A stretch of DNA of 64,000 nucleotides from an uncultured Chloroflexia bacterium (GTDB lineage: Bacteria; Chloroflexota; Limnocylindria; Limnocylindrales; CSP1-4): the NCBI GenBank assembly GCA_963713285.1, contig CAVQLA010000014.1:140566-204565 (forward strand). The letters run 5' to 3'. Below, piece after piece: positions 63,720-64,000 of the stretch. Position 1 is the stretch's first letter; the number at the start of each line of letters is the position of its first letter. The notes beneath the pieces were generated by a model. That model had not been told where the DNA came from. It made no database searches and saw only the letters and a program-made list of their open reading frames with translations. The position numbers were made by a program, and so were the translations under genes.

Positions 63720-64000
63720 TTACGGCCGGCCGGCCGCCATGTCGTATTGCAGATAGACGACGTGGGTTCGCGTGTACTCGAGCACGCCGTACTTGCCGTC
63801 CGCGCCCCCGATCCCTGACTTGCGCCAGCCGGCATGGAACCCCTGCATGTTCTCCATCATGTTCTCGCGATTGACGTACGTCTCCCCGAATCGGAGCTCG
63901 TTACACGCTCGCATGATCACGTCGACGTTCTTGGTGAAGATCGACGAGGCGAGACCGTAGATCGAGTCGTTCGCCCAGGCAATCGCTTCGTCGAGGTCGT
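63720..64000 (-). CDS. Aldehyde dehydrogenase family protein, 3' (C-terminal) portion only; gene continues beyond the window end
   Basis: Reverse-strand translation reads DDLDEAIAWANDSIYGLASSIFTKNVDVIMRACNELRFGETYVNRENMMENMQGFHAGWRKSGIGGADGKYGVLEYTRTHVVYLQ..*, the ALDH C-terminal signature. The ORF track truncates it at an internal Met. Confidence 0.85.
   Translation of the reverse strand, partial: DLDEAIAWANDSIYGLASSIFTKNVDVIMRACNELRFGETYVNRENMMENMQGFHAGWRKSGIGGADGKYGVLEYTRTHVVYLQYDMAAGRP

Overview
This 64 kb window is very GC-rich (about 70-73%) and looks like a Gram-positive, actinobacterium-type chromosome segment: it has a SipW signal peptidase, lipoboxes, mazG-rph-rdgB synteny and an N-terminally anchored PPIase. 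Most real genes are tightly packed with overlapping GTGA/ATGA start-stop junctions, and most long antisense ORFs in the six-frame track are GC-driven artefacts. The window falls into six blocks. (1) 1-17.7 kb is an ABC-transporter-dependent surface-glycan locus. It contains a WecB-type UDP-GlcNAc 2-epimerase, three GT4 glycosyltransferases, a divergent Wzm/Wzt exporter and a UDP-sugar dehydrogenase. It also has a TagF/KpsC-like GT-B protein with a K-x-HP motif. These are followed by a translationally coupled seven-gene module for a CMP-activated nonulosonic acid. The module has a fused CMP-NulO synthetase-NulO synthase (NeuA-NeuB), a NeuC-like hydrolysing 2-epimerase, a NeuD/LegH-like hexapeptide acetyltransferase, a PtmE-like CBS-domain nucleotidyltransferase, a 4,6-dehydratase (apparently frameshifted) and a DegT-type aminotransferase. 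This gene content is characteristic of a GDP-dependent legionaminic-acid-type pathway. (2) 17.8-28 kb is housekeeping: a PrsA/SurA-like PPIase, mazG, rph, rdgB, an OafA-like acyltransferase-SGNH protein with an apparent frameshift at its 3' end, and a succinate dehydrogenase operon in the unusual order sdhA-C-D-B. (3) 28.5-33 kb holds an ECF sigma / membrane anti-sigma (beta-propeller-like ectodomain) / lipoprotein operon. It also has a SPASM-like Cys-rich gene remnant, an XRE regulator with an AT-rich repeat operator, and a membrane protein carrying a C-terminal CsbD domain. (4) 33.1-41.7 kb is a single 2886-aa cyclic beta-1,2-glucan synthase (GT84 + GH94), followed by a SipW-TasA-type operon: a TasA/camelysin-like protein, SipW, and a second SipW-cognate secreted protein with RTX-like Gly/Asp repeats and a long Pro/Thr-rich tandem-repeat tail. 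(5) 44.5-55 kb contains a Crp/Fnr regulator, two orphan response regulators, a zinc metallopeptidase and cupins. It also holds a cluster of small stress/membrane proteins (YggT, GlsB/YeaQ, CsbD, a 3x23-aa repeat protein and a 29-aa hydrophobic peptide), decorated with recurring palindromes and direct repeats. A large fused MFS/spermidine-synthase protein lies here too. (6) 55.8-64 kb has an OmpR/HK two-component system, two small paralogous proteins, a solute-binding-protein gene fragment, a second (paralogous) ECF sigma/anti-sigma pair, a degraded MNT-type nucleotidyltransferase, DUF1622 and DUF1269-like proteins, a strong convergent terminator hairpin, and the 3' end of an aldehyde dehydrogenase. 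Three genes (the dehydratase, the acyltransferase and the MNT-like gene) each show a +1 indel inside a short G or C run. That pattern could be assembly error rather than true pseudogenisation. No rRNA, intact tRNA, CRISPR array or recognisable transposase was found.
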